From positions 23,932,001-23,996,000 of the forward strand of contig JANJGN010000026.1 in the NCBI GenBank assembly GCA_026770705.1: a stretch of 64,000 bases of DNA, read 5' to 3'. Positions 1-11,404 of the stretch are shown one piece after another (positions within the stretch are counted from its first letter, which is position 1; every line of letters begins with the position of its first letter). The stretch is from Isurus oxyrinchus. Taxonomy: Eukaryota. The notes beneath the pieces were generated by a model. That model saw only the letters and a program-made list of their open reading frames with translations. It ran no database searches and was not told the DNA's origin. The translations under genes were made by a program, and so were the position numbers.

Positions 1-516
1 ACCATTATCGGTATCTACAGCCTCCACAGGGTCAAGATAAGCACTTTGTTTTTACTCCAACGTTTCCAATTATTCATTTTTCTGTGTGGATTCAATTTAA
101 ATGCCTTTCCGCCCAGAGGTGGGGCGATGTTGGGTGAAATGCTAATTGGCCGAGATAGCAGATGCCATCCAATCAACTGACCGTTCCGTTGTTCCACCAT
201 CCATCCAATCTACGCCGAGCCCGGTTGTTCTCCGGTTCATGAGGGCAGTTCGGGGAACGGGGAACAGCGAAATCCTTCTGTTCGCAGCAGGGATTGGGGA
301 CAGCAGTGACTCCAATGCTGACCTTTGAACGGGGACAGTCTTTGAGGTGGGAGAAGCGAAGCGAAGCATTTAATATTATTCCATTGTCAATGCTGGACAT
401 CCGCATTAAAGAAGTTCTACTCCCAGACAATACAATACGCGGAGGGTGTCGCATATAATCACTCCGAGATAACCATGTTCTGTGAGATCAGGTCAAAAAA
501 TGTATTTTAAAGCCGG

Positions 517-530
517 CCACCAGGTGGCAG
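517..530 (+). promoter_or_regulatory. CTCF-binding motif
   Basis: CCACCAGGTGGCAG, 14/14 match to the core CCASYAGRKGGCRS. Confidence 0.6.
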
Positions 531-1324
531 TGAGATCACAGTTTCCCACTTTCGCGACCAGCGCATCCACCAACACAGACTGAAACTTGCTCAATATCAA
601 TTATGGCGAAATTGCTTTGAATTCAGTTCTACCCACTTACGTTCCCAAATTTGCATACTGTCACATGTGCGCTCTGTGTAAATAAGCTGTGCAGGGTTTT
701 TCTTAGGCCCAAAGCTTCCTTCAACCCTTGTTTTCAACATAATCCATTGATGCAGTTGACTAATATAATAATTCTTAAATTCCTGTCGTTATCCTGCTTG
801 CCCCCTCAGGCAGTCAATACGAAAGTAACGTGACCTTTGCAAACATGCAGATTTACACAGTATTCAAATGAGGTATTATTACTGAATTCAGTTCCTTACA
901 GATTGAGCATTCATACGCTCACTCTTCTCGCGGTATGTCCGTTGCTTCTCTCCTTCGGGCCAGCATCTCTTCCCCTTTATTATTTTTAAAATTTCCGCAC
1001 GCCTGCCTTCTTTGGTTCTGTTTTGAGGAGCAGCGTAGTATGACGCTGATCTGTATTCTTGTTTCCCACAGAGCATTCCCTGCGCCGTTGACTCTGACTG
1101 CATCATAAGGATCCGTTTGGCATCTGTTCTCATCAATATATCACCTCCCAGTAATAACCACTCACCCCCTTCCCAGCAAAAATGCATTTCACCCTGCCCA
1201 AATTTCATTACAGTTAAAACGATGATGATGTTGCTTCAGGCTATGAGATGATAGTCACGGCAATAATGATGAGCGATCCCGATACATTCCCACACCGTTA
1301 CAGCACAGAATGAAGCTATTGCCC

Positions 1325-1820
1325 CCTGCATTCTAGAAGGAGAAACAATAAAAAATAAGGAAACCATTCTAAAGGATGTGCAGGAGCAGAGGGACCTGGG
1401 TGTATATGTGCATAGATTAATGAAGGTGGAAGGACAGGCAGAGAGAGCACTTAACAAAGAAGACAGAATCATGGATTTTATTAATACGGGCATAGGTTAC
1501 AAGAGCAAGGAGGTTTTGATGAGCTTATATAGGACATCAGCTGGAGTGTTGGGTACAGTTCTGGACAGCACATTATAGGAAGGATGTGACCGCTTCGGAG
1601 ACAGTGCAGGAGACGTTTACAAGAATGGTCCCAGGGATGAGAAACGTTAGCCATAAAGATAGATTGAAGAGATTGGGACTCTTCTCCTTGGAGGGGAGAA
1701 GGCTAAGGGGTGTTTTAATAGAGGTGTTCAAAACAAAGAGGGGGCTGGACAGAGCAGATAGGGAGAAATGGTCTCCGCATGTTAAAGGGTCAAGGGCGAG
1801 AGGGCACAGATTAAAAGTAC
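1325..1820 (+). mobile_element. CR1 LINE fragment (ORF2 C-terminal region)
   Basis: Translations QEQRDLGVYVHR and FTRMVPGM...RLKRLGLFSLEGRRLRG are typical of the CR1 ORF2 C-terminus; frameshifted. Confidence 0.85.
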
Positions 1821-1827
1821 GAGTGCT

Positions 1828-2093
1828 GGAAGACATGGCCGTGTTAGTCAGCGACAGACTAGCGATGGTTAGGATGGTGGATTCAGCTGCTGCCTGAATC
1901 TCGGCAGAGAAACATATTTTGCCAAAATCCGTTTTGCAATCGTCACCCTAAGAAACTGTCCATGGGATGAAGTCAGGCTGCGTGGCTGGCTCATTCCACT
2001 ACTGAAACAATGCCCGGACTGTCCATGCAGCGTCCTGGTACAGTCTAAAGTTACCCCTTCTCCTCCTGTCTAGACACGAGCGGGCAGTGGCTG
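1828..2093 (-). pseudogene. TCR alpha/delta-type V pseudogene, 3' end lost at a CR1 insertion
   Basis: Minus strand reads GEGVTLDC...(frameshift, stops)...FSAEIQAAAESTILTIASLSLTNTAM, i.e. V FR1 and FR3; stops before YYC at the CR1 boundary; no RSS. Confidence 0.65.
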
Positions 2094-2809
2094 TAGAAGT
2101 TGTTAAGAAGCGGTTGTAAGCAGCCGCTATTCGGCCCATCGAGTCCGCACTGGCTCACCAAATGAGAATTATGACTCAGTGCTATTATCCACGTTGCGAC
2201 TGTCCCTCTGATTAGAATGTGTTGAGTCAGTAATTATCTGTCAGAAATGTTGCCCACACAACTCAGATGCTGAGTAACCGCATCCTCTCCGGTCACTCTG
2301 TAAAAGGGAGTTCACGTGATCTAATACTCACCCTCAATCATCTGCCCTCAGTGTCTCAGGCGCTCCCCCCTCACCTCCTTGCCTCCCCAATGGTGCTGTG
2401 AAACCGTTAGGGTCTGAGGTGGCTGCTGGCGTTTGGATAGACATATTGGCACCTGGAATCAGCTCACTGTGTCTTAGCCTCAGTGTATTAGCATTCCAGT
2501 TAGAAGGAAGCGTTCACTTATGATATTCTTGGTGGCGTTATGACTGTAATGATTAATGGTATTCATAGACAGAGAAATTTCATTCATACTTGTTGAGAGA
2601 CTAATTGGAATCTCCAATTTTCAGGTTTACCATGGGTCGAACAATCTGTTCATCAATAGAGAAACTGAGTTTGATAGTAAGACAGGCAAAATAAAAAAAA
2701 GAGGCAGAGAGATATAGAACAAAAGAGTGGGACAGGGGTAAATGGAGAAAACAGTGAACAAAAGAGTTTGCAGGGTGACGGAAGTAATTTCTGTGCCAGT
2801 TCCTACACT

Positions 2810-2985
2810 ATCACTGCATCAAAACCTTGGCACTACCTTCCTAACAGCACTGTGACTGTACCTACACTACATGAACGGCAGCGGATCAAGAAGGCAGCTC
2901 GTAGCAACTTTCTCAAGGGCAATTAGTGATGGGCAATAAATGCTGGCTCAGCCAGCAAAGCTCACATCCCATGAATGAAGTAAAA
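2810..2985 (+). mobile_element. SINE/L2-type 3' tail fragment
   Basis: ttctcaagggcaattagtgatgggcaataaatgctggc...acatcccatgaatgaa; the same tail recurs at about 7030-7110, 19270-19345 and, reversed, about 10200 and 32380. Confidence 0.65.
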
Positions 2986-3298
2986 AGGTAACAATGATTG
3001 GTCTTCAGCTGACGTTCGAGTCAGGAACAAGCCAATCATGTCAATGGAAAACTGCCTCTCTTTCTCTCATGAAGCGAAGCCTGCCTCTGAGCCGTGTTTA
3101 CTATTCCATATTTGCCTTGCAGGGTCAGCATATTGAAATCCTTCTCTTATTCTGTTTGGAAGCTTAAAGCTGTCATCATGTTGTTCCCTTTGTTTAATTC
3201 TGATAATAATGACCGCACCTATATTGAAATAAACATTTTGTGCTACATGCGTTACATTTACTCCTGGACATTTTTCCCTTCCTGTTTTCTTGTTACAG

Positions 3299-3641
3299 GA
3301 ACGAATGGGAAAGATTCGATGTCCCAAGATGAGCCTGAGTTACCGGTGCAGGAAGGACAGTCACAATAAACTGCAATTATTCGACAGTGCACGGTGTCTC
3401 CACTCTCTTCTGGTACATCCAGCATCCCGGAGAAACTCCGAGATATTTACAGAAGAGATATAGCTTGGAATCGGGAGGTCGGTCTCCTGATTTCTCAGAT
3501 AGGCTCACTGCTGACTTGAACCAAGAGGAGAAAACGGTGCCTTTAAAACTCGCTGTGGCTTGGCTTTCCGACTCTGCCACTGATCACTGGGCGCTGGGCC
3601 CCACACTGGTCCACAAGTGCAGACAGCCCGTGCACAAAACC
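3299..3641 (+). pseudogene. TCR alpha/delta-type V pseudogene with 23-RSS
   Basis: Acceptor ttgttacAG at 3297-3298; GTNGKDSMSQDEPELPVQEGQS/INCNYSTVHGVSTLFWYIQHPGETPRYL...LSDSATDHWAL; frameshift near 3365; YYC decayed to DHW; heptamer CACACTG 3602-3608, 23-nt spacer, nonamer-like GCACAAAAC. Confidence 0.85.
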
Positions 3642-3920
3642 AGCAACTTACTCTCATCTCCTCTCGCTGAATCTGATCTGTGATGTGATAATAGAACGTA
3701 AAACAACCAGAAGGATAGTCAGGTGGTCGAATACATGCACGGCGTGATACTTAAATAAATAGGCACGGGAAAAAAATGAATTTTTTGCATCTCTTCACTT
3801 CATCCCTCCTTTCCCGAAACTCTCCAAGCCGTACATGCAGAGCGCAGGCTCTGTGAGCTCCATCTGTCCACAAGAAATGCGCTGCGCCTCTCGGCTCAGG
3901 AACGGGTTTGGTTATGGTTC

Positions 3921-6138
3921 ACAACAAAAACAGAATTACCTGGAAAAACTCAGCAGGTCTGGCAGCATTGGCGGAGAAAAAAAAAGTTGACGTTTTGAGT
4001 CCTCATAACCCTTCGACAGAACTAGGTGAATCCCAGGAAGGGTTGAAATATAAGCTGGTTTAAGGTGGGTGGGGGGGGGGGGTGTGGGTTTGGAGGGGGG
4101 GGGGGGGGTGGGGAGGGAGAAGTGGAGGGGGGTGGTGTAGTTGTAGGCAAAAGCAGTGATAGAAGCAGATCATCAAAAGATGTCACAGACGGCAGAACAA
4201 AAGAACACATAGGTGTCGTATTTGGTGATATTATCTAAATGAATGTGCTAATTAAGAATGGATGGTAGGGCACTCAAGGTGTAGCTCAAGTGGGGGTGGG
4301 GGGAGGATAAAAGATTTAAAAATATTTAAGAATAATGGAAATAGGAGGGAAAAAGAAAAATCTATATAATTTATTGGAAAAAACAAAAGGAAGGGGGAAG
4401 AAACAGAAAGGGGGTGGGGATGGAGGAGGGAGGTCACGACCTAAAGTTGTTGAATTCAATATTCAGTCCAGAAGGCTGTAAAGTGCCTAGTCGGAAGATG
4501 AGGTGTTATTCCTCCAGTTTGCGTTGGGCTTCACTGGAACAATGCAGCAAGCCAAGGACAGACATGTGGGCAAGAGATCAGTGTGGAGTGTTGAAATGGC
4601 AAGCGGTAGGGAGGTTTGGGTCATTCTTGCGGACAGACCGCAGGTGTTCTGCAAAGCGGTCGCCCAGTTTACATTTGGTCTCTCCAATGTAGAGAAGACT
4701 GCATTGGGAGCAACGAATGCAGTAGACCAAGTTGGGGGAAATGCAAGTGAAATGTTGCTTCACTTGAAAGGAGTGTTTGGGCCCTTGGATGGTGAGGAGA
4801 GAGGAAGTACAGGGGCAGGTGTTACATCTTTTGCGTGGGCATGGGGTGGTGCCATAGGTGGGGGTTGAGGAGTAGGGGGTGATGGAGGAGTGGACCAGGG
4901 TGGACAGGGCCCTCAACCGTGTCCGGCCCATCTCCTGCACATCCGCCCTCATGCCTTCTCCTCCCTCCCAGAAACATGATAGGGTCCCCCTTGTCCTCAT
5001 TTATCACCCCACCAGCCTCCGCATTCAAAGGATCATCCTCTGCCATTTCCGCCAACTCCAGCATGATGCCACTACCAAGCACATCTTCCCTTCACCCCTA
5101 CTGTCGGCATTCTGTAGGGATCGTTCCCTACAGGACACACTGGTTCACTCCTCCATCACCCACTACTCCTCAAACCCCTCCTATGGCACCACCCCATGCC
5201 CACGCAAAAGATGTAACACCTACCTCTTCACTTCCTCTCTCCTCACCGTCCAAGTGCCCAAACACTCCTTTCAAGTGAAGCAACATTTCACTTGCATTTC
5301 CCCCAACTTGGTCTACTGCATTCGTTGCTCCCAATGCAGTCTCCTCTACATTGGAGAGACCAAATGTAAACTGGGCGACCGCTTTGCAGAACACCTGCGG
5401 TCTGTCCGCAAGAATGACCCAAACCTCCCTGCTGCTTGCCATTTCAAAACTCCACCCTGCTCTCTTGCCCACATATCTGTCCTTGGCTTGCTGCATTGTT
5501 CCAGTGAAGCCCAATGCAAACTGGAGGAACAACACCTCATCTTCCGACTAGGCACTTTACAGCCTTCCGGACTGAATATTGAATTCAACAACTTTAGGTA
5601 TTGACCTCCCTCCTCCATCCCCACCCCCCTTCTGTTTCTTCCCCCTTCCTTTTGTTTTTTTTCCAATAAATTATATAGATTTTTCTTTTTCCCTCCTATT
5701 TCCATTATTTTTAAATATTTTAAAATCTTTTATGCTCCCCCCACCCCCACTAGAGCTGTACCTTGAGTGCCCGACCATCCATTCTTAATTAGCACATTCG
5801 TTTGGATAATATCACCAACTACGACACCTATGTGTTCTTTTGTTCTGCCGTCTGTGACATCTTTTGATGATCTGTTTCTATCACTGCTTTTGCCTACAAC
5901 CACACAACCCCCTCCACTTCTCTCTCCCTCTCCCCCCACCCCCCACCTCTCGCCCCCCATCTTAAACCAGCTTATATTTCAACCCTTCCTGGGATTCACC
6001 TAGTTCTGTCGAAGGGTCATGAGGACTCGAAACGTCAACTCTTTTCTTCTCCGCGGATGCTGCCAGACCTGCTGAGTTTTTCCAAGTAATTCTGTTTTTG
6101 TTTTGGATTTCCAGCATCGGCAGTTTTTAGTTTTTGTT
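3921..6138. mobile_element. Penelope-like element, 5'-truncated, inverted (palindromic) arrangement with TSD
   Basis: GIY-YIG endonuclease (NLVYCIRCSQCSLLYIGETKCKLGDRFAEH) on both strands; arm 3921-4902 (-) mirrors about 5137-6105 (+); 14-bp TSD TTTGGTTATGGTTC at 3907-3920 and 6139-6152. Confidence 0.92.
6002..6040 (+). ncRNA. Minimal type I hammerhead ribozyme motif in Penelope pLTR (variant core)
   Basis: AGTT-CTGTCGA-A-GGGTC(atgag)GACTC-GAAA-CGTC-AACT: stem I AGTT/AACT, stem II hairpin, GAAA, ACGT palindrome, GUC site; core has U at A6. Confidence 0.6.
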
Positions 6139-6212
6139 TTTGGTTATGGTTCGTTTGGCAGCAAAATGATTAGTTCCGTGGACGGAAGCGCTTTTGTAGT
6201 TACACAGGGTCA

Positions 6213-6226
6213 CCACCAGAGGTCAG
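6213..6226 (+). promoter_or_regulatory. CTCF-like motif
   Basis: CCACCAGAGGTCAG, 13/14 core match, about 1 kb upstream of the + strand V at 7198. Confidence 0.4.
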
Positions 6227-7197
6227 GCAGAGGCTTTGCTCACTCGTTATGAAGGTGTCAGCCGAGTTGCATTTGACAAGATAATTTAGTGAATGTCCCA
6301 TTTTATTCCTGGAAGATTGGCAATAAATCAACAATTTCGAAAGTAGAGGCATTCATTTGAAGCCATGCTATATTTTACAATATCAAAGCACGACTAATAT
6401 CAATGCCTCACCAATATTTTAATAAGCCTCTCATCCAAGAACAGTTGACTCCATCTGCTGATCGCACCCTTTCATTCTTCTCAAGCCTTCCAGTCAGTTC
6501 CCATTGCTTTCCTCCAAATGGAAGATTTCGGCATGTTGATAGCAAACTGTGTTAAGATCCGCCAAGATCCGCCCCACCTACATAACCCTCTTTGATATCG
6601 TCTGAGGCTCCGTCCCTTGTAACATCACAGATAGAAGAATTAGTTGAATCACCAAAGGGGAGGGTGAATTTGGCAATTCAAAGAGTATAGCCAATCCTAA
6701 TTCTTTCCCGGACATCTTTATCTGGGCCCCACTAAACTAACGTTAAACGCGTCCTTTGTGATTAAATTGTTGGGGGTGGTGGGGGGGGGGGGGGTTGCTG
6801 GTGAGGTGGGGTGGGGAGTGGGAAAGGAAATCGTTTACAATGCTTCTCGAAATACTAGCGTGGGGCGCCAATTCTGTTGTTGCAGCACACGATTCCTCCT
6901 GTTCCCTGATGATGTGGCACTGTGAAAAGCGGACATGACATGGCTGTAGAATCACAACCCTTTCTATCTCTGTCATAGGTTTAATGTTACAGCGCAGGGA
7001 CTTGCAGGAGGGTCAAACAGAAAGCTCACCACCAGCTTCTCAGGGGTAATTAGGGATGGGCATAAAATGCTGACCGAGCTAGCGACGCTCACATCCCACG
7101 AAAGACTAGTAAATTAAAAATACGCCAGCACGTTACTGGCGACAGTTTGTCCCCGGCGAGAAGGTCTAGATTCTGACATTGTGACCCGCAGCCGGCG

Positions 7198-7677
7198 ATG
7201 GGTTTTGCTGCTTATTCCAGCGTGGCTTTGGCCCTATCTGTGCTGTGTAAGTTCATGCGGTATCCATGTATGAATATCATTAATTGATGCACCTAGTGAG
7301 ACGGCTATTTTCAATCGCCCAATTTATCTTGCAGCCCCCACGGCGTTGGCGCCGATTTTGTGCAAATAGACAATTCGATCAGAACGGTGTGGGAAGGAAA
7401 ATCGGTGATGCTGAATTGCAGTTTTCCAACAATCGATGCAACCCTTTACCTTAAGTGGTACCGGCAGATTCCCGGACATGCACCGGTGAACCTCTTGGAT
7501 ATTAGTCCATATGGCACCGTCCCAGCCAACTTCGCCCCGGAGCGTTTTCCATCACGGCTGGGCAGAGAGCGCTGATTGGCTGAGAATATCTCGGGCGGAG
7601 CTGTCAGATGGAGCTCTGTATCACTGTGCTCTGAGAGACAGAGCTGCACAGCTGCGCGCCTGCCCCGTACAAAAACA
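7198..7677 (+). pseudogene. TCR alpha/delta-type V pseudogene (leader + V exon + decayed RSS)
   Basis: Leader MGFAAYSSVALALSVL 7198-7246 with GTAAGT donor; acceptor 7333-7334; ...EGKSVMLNCSF...LKWYRQIPGHAP...LRISRAELSDGALYHCALR; frameshifts at exon start and near 7560; nonamer ACAAAAACA 7669-7677, heptamer degenerate. Confidence 0.88.
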
Positions 7678-7819
7678 GCAGCACAGAATCTCACTAGAAC
7701 AATGTGTGACTGCTCCATCCGCCCTCTTGAAAGTTCGAATAGGGCGAGTAACCGGAGACAACAATTTAATTTCCCATTGGCTCAGGGCAGAGCCCCCAGA
7801 TTTCAGACTTCTGCCTCTC

Positions 7820-8330
7820 AAATCAATTAGAGATCAATCTGCCTCTGAGGTCAATTAACGATCAAGCTATCTGTCAGGTCAATTAGAGATCAAACAGTCT
7901 CTGAGGTTAATTAGAGATCAAACTGTCTCTCGGAGCAATTAGAGATCAAACTGTCTCTCAGATTAATTAGAGAGCAAACTGTCTCGAATCAGTTAGAGAT
8001 CAAACTGTCCCTACGATCAATTAGAGATCACACTGTTTCTTAAAGCAGTTAGAGATCAAACTGCCTCTCAGATCAATTGGAGATCAATCGGTCTTGAGGT
8101 CAATTAGAGGTCAAGCTGTCTCTCAGGTCAATTGGAGATCAATCTGTCCCCCAAGGCAATTAGAGATCAAACTGTCTCTCTGATTGCTTAGGGAACGAAC
8201 TGCCTCCAAGATTAATTAGAGATCCAACTGTCTCTCAGATTAATTTGAAATCAACAGCCTCTCAGAACAACTGGAGTTGAATTTGTTTCCCAGATCTATG
8301 GGAGATTCAACTGTCTGCATATAGATACCA
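7820..8330. repeat. 28-bp tandem minisatellite (roughly 18 degenerate copies)
   Basis: Unit approximately AATTAGAGATCAAACTGTCTCTCAGGTC; successive copies start at 7881 and 7909. Confidence 0.9.
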
Positions 8331-8455
8331 TTGTCTCTTATCAGTGGGATGCGATGTTAATCTTTATATTCCCTTAAATAAAAACGCACCTGTTGTTAAG
8401 GAAGGTCAGAGCAGTCAGAGTCAAAGCACGGAACTCTATGTGATATCCAGCATGA

Positions 8456-8554
8456 AGTGACATCAGACCAGATCCAACTCCTTCCGCTCCGATTTTCTTC
8501 AGGACGTGACATCAAACCAGTCCAGTCTGAGTCGTCCTGAAGGAGGTGACATCC
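8456..8554 (+). promoter_or_regulatory. V promoter with triplicated TCR decamer/CRE-like motif
   Basis: AGTGACATCA 8456-8465, CGTGACATCA 8505-8514, GGTGACATCC 8545-8554, 75-170 bp upstream of the leader ATG at 8628. Confidence 0.65.
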
Positions 8555-8627
8555 GCTCTCCTTTTGTTGGTTATTCTGCAGGTCTCTGAGATACAAAATC
8601 TCTCTCTTCAATTCCGGAGCAACAGCA

Positions 8628-9621
8628 ATGCGGCTTCCCCTTCTCGCTGTGGCCTGGATAACATTCAGTGTCGGTATGAAGATTAAAACATTTTTTTAAA
8701 CTGAATTGTTTCCAGAAGAATAAATTTCAAGTGCAAATACATTCTTGTAATTTTGTAGCGGAAAGTGGTTAGACCGGACTTGGAGTGTTAGGAAAATTAT
8801 ATAAGGGCAACGGAGGAAGTGGAAAAACCGATTTATAAGGATGATAGTAGAATTGAGGAAAAATAACTTTCAGAAATCATTGTCCAAGCTCGGGCTCTTC
8901 TCTCTCGCAACGCGAGGTCTGAGGAACAACCTGACAGAGGTCGTTAACAATGTTGAAGCTGTTTCATATGTTAGTCGTTCAGAGGATTTTTTCACTTCTG
9001 GGCGATTTAAGAACGATAAATATAAAGAAGGGAACTGATGAGAAACTGAACTACCCACAGAGTGTTTGTAATCTGGAAATCAATTTCACAAGGAGGGAAG
9101 AGGTGAATAATCTGGATTGATTTAAGGAGAAGCCAAATGAAAGGATTATAAAGAAAGGGGTTGAAGGGCATTCTGATGGAGTGAAATAAAGAGAGGTAGG
9201 GGATGCCATCGCCGTGTAAAACGGTGAAATCCATTGTGTTGAATGCAATCGTATTCTCGGCTCTAAGTGCTGTCTAATTTAATGGAACACTGATTACGAT
9301 TTACTCTGACATTCCAGGCCTGAGCGATGGAGATTCTGTTATTCAGTGGGAACCTTCGCTGACACAGACAGAGGGAAAAGATGCCACTTTAACATGCACC
9401 TATACCGGCGATAGCTTTTTCTTATTCTGGTACCGGCAGTACACAGGCAGACAGCCCGAGTTTGCAGTCCAGAGGTACACTGACGGCGACCTGGATTATC
9501 AGGCAGATTTCGCTCGGAACCGGTTTTCTGATATAGTCCATAAGTCAGACAAATCGTACCGATTGACCATCTCGGAGCTGTGGCTGTCTGACACCGCGGT
9601 CTATTACTGTGCACTGAGTCT
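8628..9621 (+). CDS. Intact TCR alpha/delta-type V gene segment (leader 8628-8673, V exon 9318-9621)
   Basis: Spliced product MRLPLLAVAWITFSVGLSDGDSVIQWEPSLTQTEGKDATLTCTYTGDSFFLFWYRQYTGRQPEFAVQRYTDGDLDYQADFARNRFSDIVHKSDKSYRLTISELWLSDTAVYYCALS; GT/AG phase-1 intron; no stops; both Cys and Trp conserved; absent from the ORF track because the V exon has no ATG. Confidence 0.95.
8760..9250 (+). mobile_element. Old CR1 3' fragment inside the V intron
   Basis: LSKLGLFSLATRGLRNNLTEV, a degenerate CR1 C-terminal motif. Confidence 0.7.
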
Positions 9622-9660
9622 CACAGTGATGGATCCGAGTTGAGCCCTCGTACAATAACT
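9622..9660 (+). other. 23-RSS of the intact V
   Basis: CACAGTG (9622-9628) + 23 nt + ACAATAACT (9652-9660). Confidence 0.95.
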
Positions 9661-10199
9661 GCTGCAGGTTTCTGGGTCACAGCTGTTGTCTGTTGAGGGC
9701 TGTTTATAACTGCAGGTCAGACACTGACACACGAATCCATTCCTCTGAGAGTGGGCCCCGAGCACAATCCACACAAACATCATCTAAAACTGTTCCCTGT
9801 AACCACTGGTTCCGCCTTATTTACATTAACGATGTGAAGGCAAAACTGGTAAAACAAATTCCAGCCACGTTACTGGAACTAGTCCTGCCAGTTTACTGCT
9901 GTTTCAGAGACAGCTCATGGCAATCAGAAAAGCAATAATTGGTTTAAAATATCAGTCTGCTATATAGACAGATGCACGGCAGGTGGAGAAGATTGTAATC
10001 ATTACATGAATTTGATTAAATATTCCTCAATGTTCAAAACACCTGGACCCTGATATCATGACACTGGCCTTCCCTCAGATATTAGTGCACTAAAGTAACC
10101 TGTGCATGGATTACACAGCTCCAGGCTTTTACATACATCATGCTTATTGGTTTATATTCCGCTCTCCAAATCTTACATTTTTGCAGTGATGCAAAACTT

Positions 10200-10565
10200 G
10201 GATATGGGCTTCGCTGGCTGGGCCAGCATTCATTGCCCATCAGAAGGTGGTGGTTTGCTGCCTTCTTGAACCGCTGCAGTCCATGTGGTGTAGGTACACC
10301 CATAGTGCTGTTCGGGTTTTGTAGCGGTTTGATACAGCTGAGCGACTCATTATGCCATTTAGAGTCAAGCACATTGCTGTGGGTTTGGAATCACATGTAA
10401 AGGTCACAAAGGACATTAGTGAACTAGTTGGGGTTTTACAGCATTCGTCATCAGATTTCGAGATTTAAGATTTTTATTGAATTCAAATTCAAACTTATGT
10501 GCTGTGTTTCAAAACATGAATCCCTGAATTACTCACCTCGCGACAATACCACTACGCCATCACCA
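10200..10565 (-). mobile_element. SINE with L2-like tail
   Basis: Reverse complement of the tail at 2810-2985; body resembles 18990-19345. Confidence 0.6.
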
Positions 10566-10949
10566 TCGTCTACCATTTTAAAGGTACAAAAATGTATCAA
10601 CCTCACTCCAGATTTGTGAATCAGAATTCCCCCTGATATAGAACAAGTTTATCACAGCAATTTCACTCCTGCCAGTCCACAATTTGTCACCCATCAAGTA
10701 ACAGCTTTCTGTGCCTCAGTCTCCCCCGCCCTAGTGTGGGGGGAGACGATGGGGACTTATCAGCGTCCAGGCTCAGTGTGGAGGGAGGGGGCATAACGCG
10801 ACTTCTGCCATGTGACAGTGTCCCAAATGGTTTCTTTCTGGGCAGGCATGAGGCGTCTAACGCTAAAATCCGAATGCATGGACTACTGCCTAGTGTTCCC
10901 TAGTTGCCCATGGAGTCGAGGCAAACACTGGTCTGTTACTATCATCAAA

Positions 10950-11400
10950 TAAAAGCAAAATACCACGTATGCTGTAAATTTGACACTAAACAGGAAATGC
11001 TGGAAAAACTCAGCAGATCTGGCAGCATATGTGGGGAGAGAAACAGAGTTAACGTTGTGTGTCCGTGTGACCCTTCTGCAGAGGGACATTGACTGGGTCA
11101 TCCTGTCATTCAATTGCTTACAATCCCCCACTTTTTTTTAGTTGAACCTTCCCTTTGTTTTTCTGCTTTCTCCCTATGTTTTTTATACCTCTATTAATTG
11201 CATATCTGGTGTAATGTTTGCAGTTTTATTCCTCTTAGAAATGGTAGGGTACACTTTCCCAAGTTAGAACACAACAACTATTCCCTAAACTGGTAAAGGC
11301 TCTGAAAAAGAGTCATATGGACTCGAAACGTTAACTCTGCCTTTCTCTCCACAGATGCTGTCAGACCTGCCGGATTTTTCCAGCACGTTTTGCTTTTGTT
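10950..11400. mobile_element. Inverted pair of short Penelope pLTR copies
   Basis: 10950-11085 (gctggaaaaactcagcag...) and its reverse complement at 11297-11400, which contains ctgaaaaagagtcatatggactcgaaacgttaac. Confidence 0.7.
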
Positions 11401-11404
11401 CCCA

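Noticed and set aside
140-460. CpG/CCAAT-rich segment as a gene or promoter
   Set aside because: Two CCAATC boxes are seen, but there is no associated leader or exon in view
4022-5960. Many overlapping short ORFs, and Pro/Gly-rich ORFs
   Set aside because: Antisense or alternative frames of Penelope and its G/C tracts; the same applies to antisense CR1 ORFs and N-containing ORFs
7820-8330. CRISPR-like array
   Set aside because: Units are contiguous with no unique spacers, and the context is eukaryotic
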